From NCBI RefSeq assembly GCF_006345805.1, contig NC_043023.1:20274001-20338000 (forward strand): a DNA stretch of 64,000 nucleotides, read 5' to 3'. Position numbers and translations under genes: made by a program. This DNA comes from Octopus sinensis. Its lineage: Eukaryota. The stretch's first letter is position 1. Each line of letters opens with the position of its first letter. The notes beneath the pieces were generated by a model. That model worked only from the letters and a program-made list of their open reading frames with translations. It did no database searches and was not told where the DNA came from. This document shows, one piece after another, positions 1 to 12,110 of the stretch.

Positions 1-479
1 GGCGGTGCTCCAGCATGGCCGCAGTCAACTGACTGAAACAAGTAAAAAAAAATATATATACATATATATATATATGGAGAGAGAGAGAGAGAGAAAAAGT
101 CATCAGAATTTCGTGAAAAAAAATGTTTCTATTTCTTCATTATTATGACTAGTTTCAAAGTCACTGTTCCTCATCAGTCTGGAATATATATGTATGTATA
201 CACATGCATATATATATGTGTGTATAAACACACGTACATATGTATATACATATATATATGTAGATTGATATGAACACACAGGCTTTTGTGTTGGAACAAG
301 AATTGAGTTCTCAAAGACCGTTGGATTAAAATTCCTGCAAAATGCATCACATATATGTGTGTATATATATGTATAGTGTTTTGAGTGTGTATATATATAT
401 GTATATACATGTACTTATGTGTGTGTGTACGTACTTGTTTGTGTGTGTATAAATATATATATATATGCCTATGCACATA

Positions 480-516
<37 letters not shown>

Positions 517-580
517 GAGTATACATAAATATGTAATAATTTGTGTGTGTGTGTATATATGTGCATAGTGTTTTTAAGTG

Positions 581-584
<4 letters not shown>

Positions 585-622
<38 letters not shown>

Positions 623-827
623 TACTTGTTTCAGTCATTTGACTGCGGCCATGCTGGAGCACCGCCTTTAGAGTACAGCAGGGATCACCACCTCCTGCCG
701 GAGCCTCGTGGAGCTTTTAGGTGTTTTTTTCGCTCAATAAACACACAACAACGCCCGGTCTGGGAATCGAAACCGCGATCCTCCGACCGCAAGTCCGCTG
801 CCCTAACCACTAGGCCATTGCGCCTCC
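585..827 (-). mobile_element. Chimeric SINE: family C tRNA head, family A 3' tail and poly(A)37
   Basis: Minus strand: ggaggcgcaatggcctagtggttagggc..gatccctgctgtactc|taaaggcggtgctccagcatggccgcagtcaaatgactgaaacaagtac(A)n. Confidence 0.75.
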
Positions 828-941
828 TGTATATATATGTATATACATATACTTGTGTGTTTGTGTGTGTATAAATATATATATTGCCTATGCACATATG
901 TATATATATATATATACAGGAGTATACATAAATATGTAATT

Positions 942-972
<31 letters not shown>

Positions 973-979
973 GCCTATG

Positions 980-1045
<66 letters not shown>

Positions 1046-1734
1046 GAGTATACATAAATATGTAATAATTCGTGTGTGTGTGTATATATATGTTGTATGC
1101 ACATAGTTGTTTAGATTCTGTGTAGATTATGTTACAATGTTGATTACGGAAAATTGGGCGTTATATATTTGCTATTGGAGAAAGCAACATCTAATTTGAA
1201 AATAATGAAAGAATTGTCGATACATACACATGTACATATTACATTCATATTAATGCTTACATGTGTATATATATGTATGTATATATATCATAATTTAATG
1301 TCCTTCCCATGTTGGCATGGGTTGGACAGTTTGGCAAGAACAGAGAAGAAGCTGGAGGGCCGTGCTAGGTTCTACATCTGTTTCGACAGGGTATCTACAG
1401 CTGGAGGGCTGTGCTAGGTTCTACATCTGTTTCGACAGGGTATCTACAGCTGGGTGCCTTTCCAAACATCCTTCCATTCTTAACAGAATGCACTGGGCCC
1501 TTTCTGCTTGGCCACAGCACTGGTGCATTCAGCACCTTACCCGGAAGATAAGGCCCTTCAACAAAGCAATGTTAAGGACTGGCAAAAGACGGGGACGAGG
1601 AGCTGCTGTTCTGGAATTTTTAGCTTCAAGGAATATATTCTGCTGGTGGTCACCATGTTTCCTTTCAATTCACTTTCAGACACCAGCTAACCACCACGGG
1701 CCTTTTGTGGCACTTGATCATTATTAATGATAAG

Positions 1735-2346
1735 CGCAGGGGTGGCTCTGTGCTAAGAAGCATTCCCAACCACACGGTTCCAGGTTCAGTCCCACTGCAT
1801 GGTACCTTGGGCAAATGTCTTCTACTATAAGCCTCAGACTGACAGGTGGCAAGCTGGCAGAAACGTTAGAACACCAGGCGAAATGCTTAGCGGTATTTCG
1901 TCTGTCTTTACGTTCTGAGTTCAAATTCCGCCAAGGTCGACTTTGCCTTTCATCGTTTCGGGGTCAATAAATTAAGTACCAGTTATGCACTGGGGTTGAT
2001 GTAATCGACTTAATCCGTGTGTCTATCCTTGTTTGTCCCCTCTGTGTTTAGCCCCTTGTGGGTAGTAAAGAAATATATATAAGCCTCAGGCCGATTAAAG
2101 CCTTGTGAATGGATTTGGTAGACAGAAACTGAAAGAATCCCATCATATATATGTATATATGTGTATTTATTTATTTATTTGTGTCTTTTTGTCTGTGTTT
2201 GTCCCTCACCATCACTTTGACAACCAGTGTTGGTGTGTTTACATCCCTATAACTTATCGGTTTGGGGTTGATTTAATACAAATAAAGATTCTTTGAGGTG
2301 GTGCTCCGGCATGGCCGCAGTCAAATGACTGAAACAAGTAAAAGAA
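1735..2346 (+). mobile_element. Older family A SINE interrupted by a family B SINE (1838-2077)
   Basis: 12-bp target duplication tataagcctcag at 1826-1837 and 2078-2089. Confidence 0.8.
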
Positions 2347-2720
2347 TGCCTGATTGTCGCCATCCAACATTCCTTTTCCCATGCCGGCATGGGTCGGACG
2401 GTTTGACAAGGTCATGTGAGTGAGAGGGCTCTGCCAGGTTCTATGTCTACCTTGGCAAGGTCCCTGCAGCTTGTTACCATTCCTATCACTGGACACTCTT
2501 CTACGTGGTGCACCTGCCCCGGTGGGGTCACCATGTACTGGCAAAATAAGACCAACCACTCCTGTTTTCATCATTGCTCAGCGTCCCCTGTTCCATGCTG
2601 GCATGGATGGGGCTAGGGTCTGCTTTTGGGATGCCCTTCCTAGTGCCAAACTGTTGGCAGTGTGGCCTGGATGCTTTCTTTTTTACTCATGGCTACAGGA
2701 TTAGCGAGGCTATCTTGATG

Positions 2721-3110
2721 TCTCTTTTACTTGTTTCAGTCATTTGACTGCGGCCATGCTGGAGCACCGCCTTTAGTCGAGCAAATCGACCCCGGGACTT
2801 ATTCTTTGTAAGCCCAGTACTTATTCTATCGGTCTCTTTTGCCGAACCACTAAGTAATGGGGACGTAAACACACCAGCATCGGTTGTCAAGCAATGCTAG
2901 GGGGACAAACACAGACACACAAACACACACATATATATACATATATATGACGGGCTTCTTTCAGTTTCCGTCTACCAAATCCACTCACAAGGCATTGGTC
3001 GGCCCGGGGCTATAACAGAAGACACTTGCCCAAGATGCCACGCAGTGGGACTGAACCCGGAACCATGTGGTTGGTTAGCAAGCTACTTACCACACAGCCA
3101 CTCCTGCACC
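2721..3110 (-). mobile_element. Family A SINE (tRNA head, CORE-like segment, microsatellite, CR1-type tail), full length
   Basis: A-box tggctgtgtggt, B-box ggttcagtccc, CORE-like accttgggcaagtg, tail ggtgctccagcatggccgcagtcaaatgactgaaacaa(gtaaaaga)n. Confidence 0.85.
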
Positions 3111-3994
3111 TATAAGATGTGTATATATATATGTGTATGTTTGTGTGTCATCATTATCATCGTCATCGTTTAAAGTCTGCTTTCCATGCTGGCATGGGTT
3201 GTACAGCCGGTTTGAGGACTGGCAAGCCAGGAGGCTGCACCAGGCTCCAATTTGATCCAGCAAGGTTTCTACAACTGGATGCTCTTCCTGACGCCAACCA
3301 CTCCATGAGTGTAGTGTTTGATATATATGTGCGTGCGTTGTGTGTGTGTGTTGTGTTGGTTTGTTTACACCCCTAAACTTAGCAGCTCAACAAAAGTGAC
3401 CAATAAAAATAAGCGCAAAGGTCGATGGGTGGGCAGAGGCTGCGGTGCAATTTGTCCGACCGAACATTCTAAAGTGGTGCCCCAGAATGGCCACAGCACA
3501 GTCCAACAACTGAACCAAGCAAAAGATAGAAGAATATTATCAATCTATTGCCAATATTGTATCAATCTAGAACTAATCAATAACCAATCAGTGCCTTGTC
3601 AATATTATTTCATGGTTTCTTTCTGATGATCCGAAAGATGAAACAACTGGCAATTTCTCTCCGTTTTGTCCTCTGCTCTTTTATTTGTTCTCTGGTTTGA
3701 TCTACACCCTCTATTGAGTACTTTATGAACTGTTGTTTATTATAGACATCACGCACGCGCACACCCCGTGTTTACACAATACTCTGTTTGCTGCAAAATA
3801 CAGCGCATATATATATATGCGCTGTATTTTGTATGTATATATATATATATATGTATGTATGTATGTATATGTGTATGTATGTATGTGTATGTAAATATGT
3901 ATATATATGTATATATGTATGTATATGTATGTATATATATATGTGTATGTATGTATGTATATATTTATATATGTATACCGGACTCCCCGGCACC

Positions 3995-4460
3995 TGTGCA
4001 GGTGGCACGTAAAAAGGAGTGGTTGGCGTTAAGAAGGGCATCCAGCTGTAGAAACATTGCCAGATCAGACTGGAGCCTGGTGCAGCCTCCTGGCTTCCCA
4101 GACCCCAGTTGAACCGTCCAACCCATACCAGCATGAAAAGCATATGCTAAACAACGATGATGATAATATGTGTGTGTGTGTGTCTGATCATCATCGTTTA
4201 ACGTCCGTTTTCCATGCTAGCATGGGTTGGACGGTTCAACTGGGGTCTGGGAAGCCAGGGGCTGCACCAGGCCCAGTCTGATCTGGCAGTGTTTCTACAG
4301 CTGGATGCCCTTCCTAACGCCAACCACTCCGTGAGTGTAGTGGCTGCTTTTTACGTGCCACCGGCACGGAGGCCAGACGAGGCTGGCAACAGCCACGATC
4401 GGATGGTGCTTTTTACGTGCAACCAGCACGGAGAGGCCAGTTAGGGCGGTGCTGGCTCAA
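3995..4460. mobile_element. Tail-to-tail inverted pair of family D (RTE-tailed, (GAT)n end) elements
   Basis: Plus copy ~4016-4163 and minus copy 4187-4460 share ggcgttaggaagggcatccagctgtagaaa..ccgtccaacccatg..gatgatgat. Confidence 0.8.
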
Positions 4461-5345
4461 CAGGTCTTCACGAGTAGAGTTTTGTGTCCCAAGAAGGAAA
4501 GGAATGCATTAGTGGACTGGCTTTTCCCTGGCACGAAACCAAACTGCATCTCGTCCAAGTTGACTCTCTCCCTAATCAGATGGGCTATGTCCCTCTCCGT
4601 AACCTCCATGTGTATATATATGTACGTGTGTGTCTATATATATGTGTGTGTGTTTATATATATGTGTGTGTATATGTATATATATATGTGTGTGTGTGTA
4701 TATATATATATATGCGCATACATATTTATGCAAGGTGACTGTTTTGAAGAGACGTTGTTAAAACTTAGTTAAGCCAGTTATCGTTTATTAATTATAACAA
4801 GTCTGAGAACTTTTTGGTAGCACCTCGTATCTGCATAAATGTGTATGTATCTATGCCTCTGTGTATCTTGGAGTACACTAAATGCTAGTATTCTGCCTTT
4901 ATACATTTCTAAATACTCTGTCTTCTGTCTCTTCCAGGTGCCCCACCTACATGCTGTTGCAAGAACCAAGAGGAAGTAACCCATATACTACCAGGACACT
5001 TATTCGAAACCTGTGAATCTTACTGAGACATTTTGGCTACTCATTTCAACTTTTGGTGCTATATATATATATACATATATATACACACACATTACATTTT
5101 ATACTTGGATTATATATATACACACATATATATATATATATATACTCACTGAGCTACATCAAAAGACTATTTCTTTTTGCTATTGTACCAAAACCCTGCG
5201 GATTATTATTATTATTGTGAGCTTGCTTTCAGGAGGCAATTTACACGACAACAGCAAGGAGTACAACAAGGTTCCCCTCTCTGCTGCGTCCTCTTTCACT
5301 CTGTCTGGATTCTAAGCCTTTTTCTTTTGGAATTCGTATTATGAC

Positions 5346-6296
5346 ATGGGCAGAAGGAAAGGCATTTCTACCACCACATCACCAAGCTCTGCTGTGACAG
5401 CCAGCAGCGTAGCTGTACTCTCCTCCGACTATCACCACCAACGCCTCCCCTCGGATTGTACGACCCCCACCACGACCACCGCCGCAGTCAGCACAGGTGT
5501 CCGCTCACCCCAACACTACCACCCCTATAATAACTACAGCCACCGAAGCAGTGGTTGTGGTGGTGGGGGTGGCAGTAGCGGTAAGAGTAGGAAAATGCGC
5601 TGCTACTCTGAGAACGACAACATGACCACCACTACTGATGTGGACTCTGATGCTTCCTCATTCTCCTTTTGTTACTCTCCCCGCCACAATCACCACCACC
5701 ACCATCATCATCAGCCCCACCCCCACAGTATTGTTGCTCCCGCCAACACAGCCCTGTCGGTGATGAGCCCTCCCAGCCGCAGCAATGACAAGGACACGAC
5801 CCGTGCTCCCTGTTGCTCTGCTCCTTGCTTGGCCCTAGAGACCCTTTCGTCATCCACACTGCTGCTCCCGGCCGCTTCCTCACCCACCCACATGGCCCCA
5901 CACAGACGCCGCTTCCTCTCGCCCCTCCGCCTCTGGACGACACTCATCCTGTGCATTGCACTGCTGATGCAGCCAACCTTTGCGGATATAGTAGCCGGGC
6001 CCGGGCCCGAATGGCAGCCAACCTTTGGGGAGATGGTACCCGGGGGCGGGCCCAGCAAGCAGCTGAAGCTCAACGACATCCAAAGTTACTTGAAGTCCCT
6101 CGACAAAAGCAAAAAGGGAGAGGCAAATCTTGCAGCCACCACCACCGCCGCCGCCGCCGTTCATCGCGACCCCGTTAAGGACCGGGAGCCCGTGTCGTTA
6201 ATGTGGGGTATTGGAGATACGACAGCCTACGTAGGACGCTTGTTTACCTATCCCTTACCAAATGATGCGTTCAAAGGAGAGATAAAGTCATTCAAG
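5346..6296 (+). CDS. DAG1: Dystroglycan, coding exon 1 (signal peptide and start of the N-terminal Ig-like domain); alternative start ATG at 5892
   Basis: ORF from 5346. Hydrophobic signal-peptide core LWTTLILCIALLMQPTFA at 5931-5984, then GIGDTTAYVGRLFTYPLPNDAFKGEIKSFK, resembling human [30 protein letters not shown]. Donor AAG|GTAGGT at 6296/6297, phase 0. Confidence 0.9.
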
Positions 6297-6479
6297 GTAG
6301 GTACCCCATCTCTTGCACTTTTCATTTCTCTCCTTTTGCATTGCTTTTGTATTGATTTCTGCTCCATCCCTTTGACCCCCACTGCTGCCCCTTTTTTTTA
6401 ACCCTTTCGTGTTTGGATTATTCTACCAAATGTGATACTTATTTATTCACATTTTTCTCTCTCTTCTTTTACTCTACAA

Positions 6480-6775
6480 TCCCATTTATGCGTGTTCGTT
6501 ACCAGCGTCGCCTTACTGGCACCTGTGCCGGTGGCATGTGTAAAAAGATTTGAGCGAGGTCGTTGCCAGTACCGCCTGACTGACCCCCGTGTCAGTGGCA
6601 CGTAAAAAGCACCCACTACACTCACGGAGTGGTTGGCGCTAGGAAGGGCATCCAGCTGTAGAAACACTGCCAGATCAGACTGGAGCCTGGTGCAGCCATC
6701 TGGTTCACCAGTCCTCAATCAAATCGTCCAACCCATGCTAGCATGGAAAGCGGACGTTAAATGATGATGATGATC
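6480..6775 (+). mobile_element. Family D element
   Basis: ggtggcacgtaaaaagcacccactacactc..gcggacgttaaatgatgatgatg. Confidence 0.8.
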
Positions 6776-7020
6776 CCCATTCCCTGCGAGTATCCCTTGG
6801 CACTTGCCCCTCTCCCGCTCTTGCTACCTCCTACTCTCTTTCTCTCTCCCTTTGGCTGTGTAAGCTTATATCTCCTCCACAGCAACAAACCAGTTTCTGC
6901 CCTCATTCTTGATCACTCTCTCTCCAACCATCGCTTGCCCTTACCTCTGCCTAGGTAGCCATGTACCTCCTTAGAAACAGCACACCTGTTTCTGCCCTCC
7001 TCCTCTCTGGCCAGCTAACC

Positions 7021-7253
7021 TATTTCTTTATTGCCCACAAGGGGCTAAACATAGAGGGGACAAACAAGGACAAACAAAGGGATTAAGTCGATTACATCGA
7101 CTCCCCCAGTGCGTAACTGGTACTTAATTTATCAACCCCCGAAAGGATGAAAGGCAAAGTCGACCTCGGCGGAATTTGAACTCAGAACGTAGCGACAGAC
7201 GAAATATAGCTAAGCATTTCGCCCGGCATGCTAACGTTTCTGCCAGCTCACCG
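7021..7253 (-). mobile_element. Family B tRNA-derived SINE
   Basis: Head gagctggcagaaacgttagc, B-box gagttcaaattcc, central gtcgactttgcctttcatcc..gataaattaagtacc; flanked by a gctaacc duplication. Confidence 0.8.
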
Positions 7254-8040
7254 CTAACCATGTACCTCTTCTATAGCAAGTCCTCTCCGTCACACTTCAA
7301 ACCCAGCGTTTCTCAACCGTAAGACCATGCGTTCTCATTATATGTCTTATTTTCTATTGTTTTATGTGTTCCAGTCATTTGACTGTGGCCAAGCTGCAGC
7401 ACCACCTAGATAGATATGACGGGGGCTTTCAGTTTCTGTCTACCAAATCCACTTGCCCAAGGTGCCATGCAGTATGACTGAACCCGGAGCCAAGTAGTTG
7501 GGACTGATCTGGGTCAATGCACCGACCCAGGTCAGTGACCTTTGTCTGGGGTGAACATTCAGTGGTGCGGAGAGGGGGAGGGGAAAGCGAGGTTCGTTTG
7601 TAACGTAGCCAGTCCCTCTGTGGAAGTTCCCGCCTCCCCCCCCCCAAAATCCCTACCCCTGCCCCATGGGAAAGTGCACACATGTCTGGATAGGCACGGT
7701 CACCCTTCAGTGACAGGGGGGCTGCTATGTTGTACGGCAGATAAGCTTGTGCGTCAGCGTAGCCTTGGGGAACATGTAGGAATAGAACACTTCCACAGGT
7801 CTCTTGTGAGTGTAACATAATAGCTATAGAGAAGTAATAATAATAATAACAATAATGGCTGGTTCTGCTCTTTCTCTTATTCCTTAATAATGATATGAAA
7901 TGGAAAGAAACAATAATGTCAGTATGAAAATAAACTAAAAAGATGATGATACAATGTTTGTGTTTACATTCATATTTGTGTGTGTGTATGTGTATTCACA
8001 TGGAGTTTCATCCATGGTGTGTATATGTACTTGATCACTA

Positions 8041-8072
<32 letters not shown>

Positions 8073-8249
8073 ACATTGTGTACAGTGCTCAGGTGCACTA
8101 CAACTCATCTAAAGTGTATATATAATCAGGTGTAGTTTCGACGGATTTCAGAAAGCATGAGGGCCTTAAAGGATGCAGTGTCATGGCAGTCAACAACTGA
8201 CGCAGGCAGTTTATTACACATTACATATATATATATATATATATATTCT

Positions 8250-8625
8250 TCGTCTGCTGAAAAAGGCATTTTTTCCAAATACACCAGCTAAACTTGTTGT
8301 ACTGTTTATTAGTCGTAAGACACCCGCTGTTTTTGTCCTGTTTTTACCATTATTGTTTTTTGTATTTTATATTCGTGTGGCATCGTCCGTTTTTCTGTCC
8401 CTGTTTCGTATACATTCGATCCTTTTTCCAAGAAATCTAATGCTCGTAGCTTAGTTTTTCCTTGGGGTTGGCCGCATCGGAGCGATCTCAAGATTAATCA
8501 GCCGAAATTGCGAGGATGATCCGGTTCTTGACTGAAGATTGAAGGCTTCGAATGTCCCGTCCGTGTTTTTTGTATCGTCTTCTAAATGTTTTATGTTCTT
8601 GTCCCAGTTTGTATTTTTCTACACA
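8250..8625. repeat. Unclassified dispersed repeat family F, copy 1
   Basis: Collinear copies at ~37315-37570 and ~60395-60760. Confidence 0.7.
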
Positions 8626-9064
8626 TAAAAAAATATATATATATATAGCTACATGGCTGTGTGGTTAGGGAGCTTGCTTCCTAGCTACATGGTTTTGGGT
8701 TCAGTCCCACTGCGTGGCACTTTGGGTAGGTGTCTCCCACTATAGCCTCGAGCCGACCGGAGCTTTGTGATTGAATTCAGTAGGCAGAAGTTACTGCCGT
8801 GTGTATCTGTGTGCGTATAGCTGCTCAGTGCCTCTCCGAAAGAGAGAGAGGGAAACGAACACACACACACTATATATATGTGTATGGTTATACAAGTGTA
8901 TCTGATACTTTCTGTTAACCGTTGTCAGTCTGGGTACCGATATGCAATTAACTCTCTAACCCAAATGCTTGTTTTTTATGTCAGATCGTATCTAAAACAA
9001 TTTAATATGAAACTGGAGGATTATTTAGTACTCCAGTTGTATGTAATATATATATATATATATA

Positions 9065-9292
9065 AAGGCGGTGAGCTGGCAGAAACGCTAGCATGCTTTT
9101 CGTAGCCGTATTTCGTCTGCCATTACGTTCTGAGTTCCAAATTCCTCCAAGGTCGACTTTGCCTTTCATCCTTTCAGGGTCGATAAATTAAGTACCAGTT
9201 ACGCACTGGGGATCGATGTAATCGACTTAATCCGTTTGTCTGTGCTTGTTTGTCCCCTCTGTGTTTAGCCCCTTGTGGGTAGTAAAGAAATA
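9065..9292 (+). mobile_element. Family B SINE
   Basis: Full-length match to the other B copies. Confidence 0.8.
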
Positions 9293-9374
9293 TATATATG
9301 CGTGTGTGTGTGTGTATGTAGTTGTGTATAAGTATGTATGTGTATATGTATTTGTATGTATTTATGTATGTATA

Positions 9375-9554
9375 GGTGCAGGAGTGGCTGTGTGGTAAGT
9401 GGCTTGCTAACCAACCACATGGTTCCGGGTTCAGTCCCACTGCGTGGCACCTTGGGCAAGTGTCTTCTGCTATAGCCCCGGGCCGACCAAAACCTTGTGA
9501 GTGGATTTGGTAGATGGAAACTGAAAGAAGCCTGTTGTGTATATATATATATAT

Positions 9555-9585
<31 letters not shown>

Positions 9586-9780
9586 TTGTGTGTCTGTGTT
9601 TGTCCCCCTAGCATTGCTTGACAACCGATGCTGGTGTGTTTACGTCCCCGTCACTTAGCGCTTCGGCAAAAGAGACTGATAGAATAAGTACTGGGCTTAC
9701 AAAGAATAAGTCCTGGGGTCGATTTGCTCGACTAAAAGGCGGTGCTCCTGCATGGCCGCAGTCAAATGACTGAAACAAAA
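9375..9780 (+). mobile_element. Family A SINE, full length
   Basis: Collinear with 2721-3110 in the opposite orientation. Confidence 0.85.
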
Positions 9781-10785
9781 GGGAGAGATATATGTATGTC
9801 TATATTGTGTGTGTGTATATTCATGTATGTGTATATATATTTCTCATGCACATAGACTAAGAAGGAATTTAAGATTTTAGAATATTCATGGAGATATACG
9901 GTCTCTGAGTGAACGCATGTGAGTTCTTGAGCAAGGCCCTTCATTCCACCTTGCTTAAGTTTCTCGCAGCCTGTCAGAGAATCAAAAGGGTCTCATCTGC
10001 TCCTTACTCAATAAGCACCGGCGCCATCCACATTTAAGTTCCACTTTTCCATGCTGGCATGGGTTGGATAGGAGGAACTTGCAAGGCCAGGGTCCACAGG
10101 AGGTTCCGTGTCTGTTTTGGTTTTGGTTTCCACAGCTGTATACCCTCCCCCCCTCACACCAACCACTCTACAGAGGGCACTGGGTGCTTTTTACGTGACA
10201 CCAGCACTCACACTAATGCTTGTCTTACATGACACTTTGGTTTTAGGATCTCCATTCTGTTGTGGTGGGCAGGTCTTCTTGGCTACAGCAATGTGCCGCA
10301 AAAGCATGGCGTTGTTCATTGGTGAAGAAGTTTGCTTCCCGACCACAGTGGTCTCAGGTTCAGTTCCACTGTGTGGCACCTTGGCAACTGTCTTCCCCTA
10401 TAGCCCTGGGCTGACCACCCAAAGCCTTGTGAATGATGGGGAGTACGACACCGATATTAGTAGTAGTAGTAGTAGTGTTTTGAAGGCCTCCATCTGTGTT
10501 ACTGCGTGAGAATTACATTAGGGTTACACGTGTCCATGGGATACTCGGCCACTCCTCGCACTTAATTCGGTTGATTGAACAGCAGATTGATAATGATTGT
10601 CCGATTCAACTGACGATCAATATCGTACTTGGTTCCTATCGTAGTGGTGTGTGTGTGTGCACGTGTATAAAGGTGTGAGGGAGTGTGTGGTAGTGGGCCT
10701 GTGTGTGTGTAAATGTGAGTGAGAGGCTTTGATTGTGTGTGTGTGTGTGTGTGTAAGGTTTTATGATAAAGTGTGTTGGAAGCAC

Positions 10786-11514
10786 TCCGTCGGTTACGAC
10801 GACGAGGGTTCCGGTTGATCCGAATCAACGGAACAGCCTGCTCGTGAAATTAACGTGTAAGTGGCTGAGCACTCCACAGACACGTGCACCCTTAACGTAG
10901 TTCTCGGGGATATTCAGCGTGACACAGAGAGTGACAAGGCCGGCCCCTTGGAATACAGGTACAACAGAAACAGGAAGTAAGAGTGAGAGAAAGTTGTGGT
11001 GAAAGAGTTTATGTTCGTCCTTCGGTTCGAAGATGACCAACTGACATCAACTGATGGTACTGCCGCCATGAGACCGGAGGTGGCTGGTGAGGCCAATCCG
11101 GGCAAGGAAGCCCCTCCCACAGGTGGGGCAGAAGTGGGTAGGGGCCGTGCTACTGGTGCAGGCAGCTCTGGCTTTACGCATCTGACGTTTCTGCTCCGCT
11201 GACCGAATCCGTCCCTCCTCGGCTGTCCCTGCTCCCACGGTGATTGCGCTGCGCCAGGATGAGCGGTTGGCAGCAAGTGTCTCCCAGGTCTCTGTTCCGA
11301 TGGAAAAGTCTTTGAGAGAGACCTTGAGACTATCCTTGTAGCGCTTCTACAAGGTGAAAGAGTACAGCAGGGATCACCACCATCCCCTGCCGGAGCCTCG
11401 TGGAGCTTTAGGTGTTTTCGCTCAATAAACACTCACAACGCCCGGTCTGGGAATCGAAACCGCGATCCTATGACCGCGAGTCCGCTGCCCTAACCACTGG
11501 GCCATTGTGCCTCC
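10786..11514 (-). mobile_element. Family C tRNA-derived SINE split by an RTE insertion
   Basis: Matches the intact copy at 57026-57412 once 11009-11363 is removed; A-box tggcccagtgg, B-box gtttcgattcc. Confidence 0.85.
11009..11352 (-). mobile_element. 5'-truncated RTE-clade LINE (ORF2 C-terminus and 3' UTR)
   Basis: Minus frame 11346-11047: KRYKDSLKVSLKDFSIGTETWETLAANRSSWRSAI..CPTCGRGFLARIGLTSHLRSH*. 11-bp TSD GGTGAAAGAGT at 10998-11008 and 11353-11363. Confidence 0.85.
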
Positions 11515-11669
11515 GATAAAGTGTGTACGTGTGCAACGAAGATAAAAAGCCTCACTGCCGCATTGTTACTCCTCTCTCACACTCGAGTGTCATACTCCAC
11601 TCCACTCCACACACTCACACTCACCTCTTTATCTTAACAGCTGACTGACAAAAAAAATCTCTTCTTACC

Positions 11670-12110
11670 TTGTTTAGCCCCAGGTCAGTCCTCATCCAGA
11701 CGGCCTCATGATCAAAGATGCTCCAGCTGTGACCATCCTGTCTTCTATTCAGGCATAGTGTATCTAGGACTACATTATCCAATGTATAGTATAGTAGTTA
11801 GTATTAGTGGCTATAGTTGTTTTTGTTTAGCCCCAGGTCAGTCCTGATCCAGCAGACAGACCTATGATCAAAAATGTTCCAGCTGTGACCATCCCATCTT
11901 TTATTCAGGCATAGTGTATCTAGGACTACATTATCTAATGTATAGTATAGTTGTTAGTATTAGTGGCTATAGTTATTGTTTAACCCTAGGTCAGTCCTGA
12001 TCCCGACAGAGCCATGATCAAAGATGCTCCATCTGTGACCATCCCATCTTTTATTCAGACATAGTGTATCTAGGACTACATTATCTGATGTATAGTACAG
12101 GAGTTTGTAT
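11670..12110 (-). repeat. Three tandem ~150-bp copies of dispersed repeat family G (retroelement-like 3' end, (CAA)n-like tail on the minus strand)
   Basis: Three copies of tgtttagccccaggtcagtcctgatcc..atgatcaaa..gctgtgaccatccc..ttttattcaggcatagtgtatctaggactacattatc; a solo copy lies at 59330-59460. Confidence 0.75.

Noticed and set aside
7503-7536. 13-bp hairpin actgatctgggtc/gacccaggtcagt
   Set aside because: Single short hairpin without terminator, miRNA-length arms or other support.
8525-8560. Hammerhead-like CTGAAGA..GAAG/CTTC..GAA in family F
   Set aside because: Lacks GAAA, stem III and a pairing stem I.
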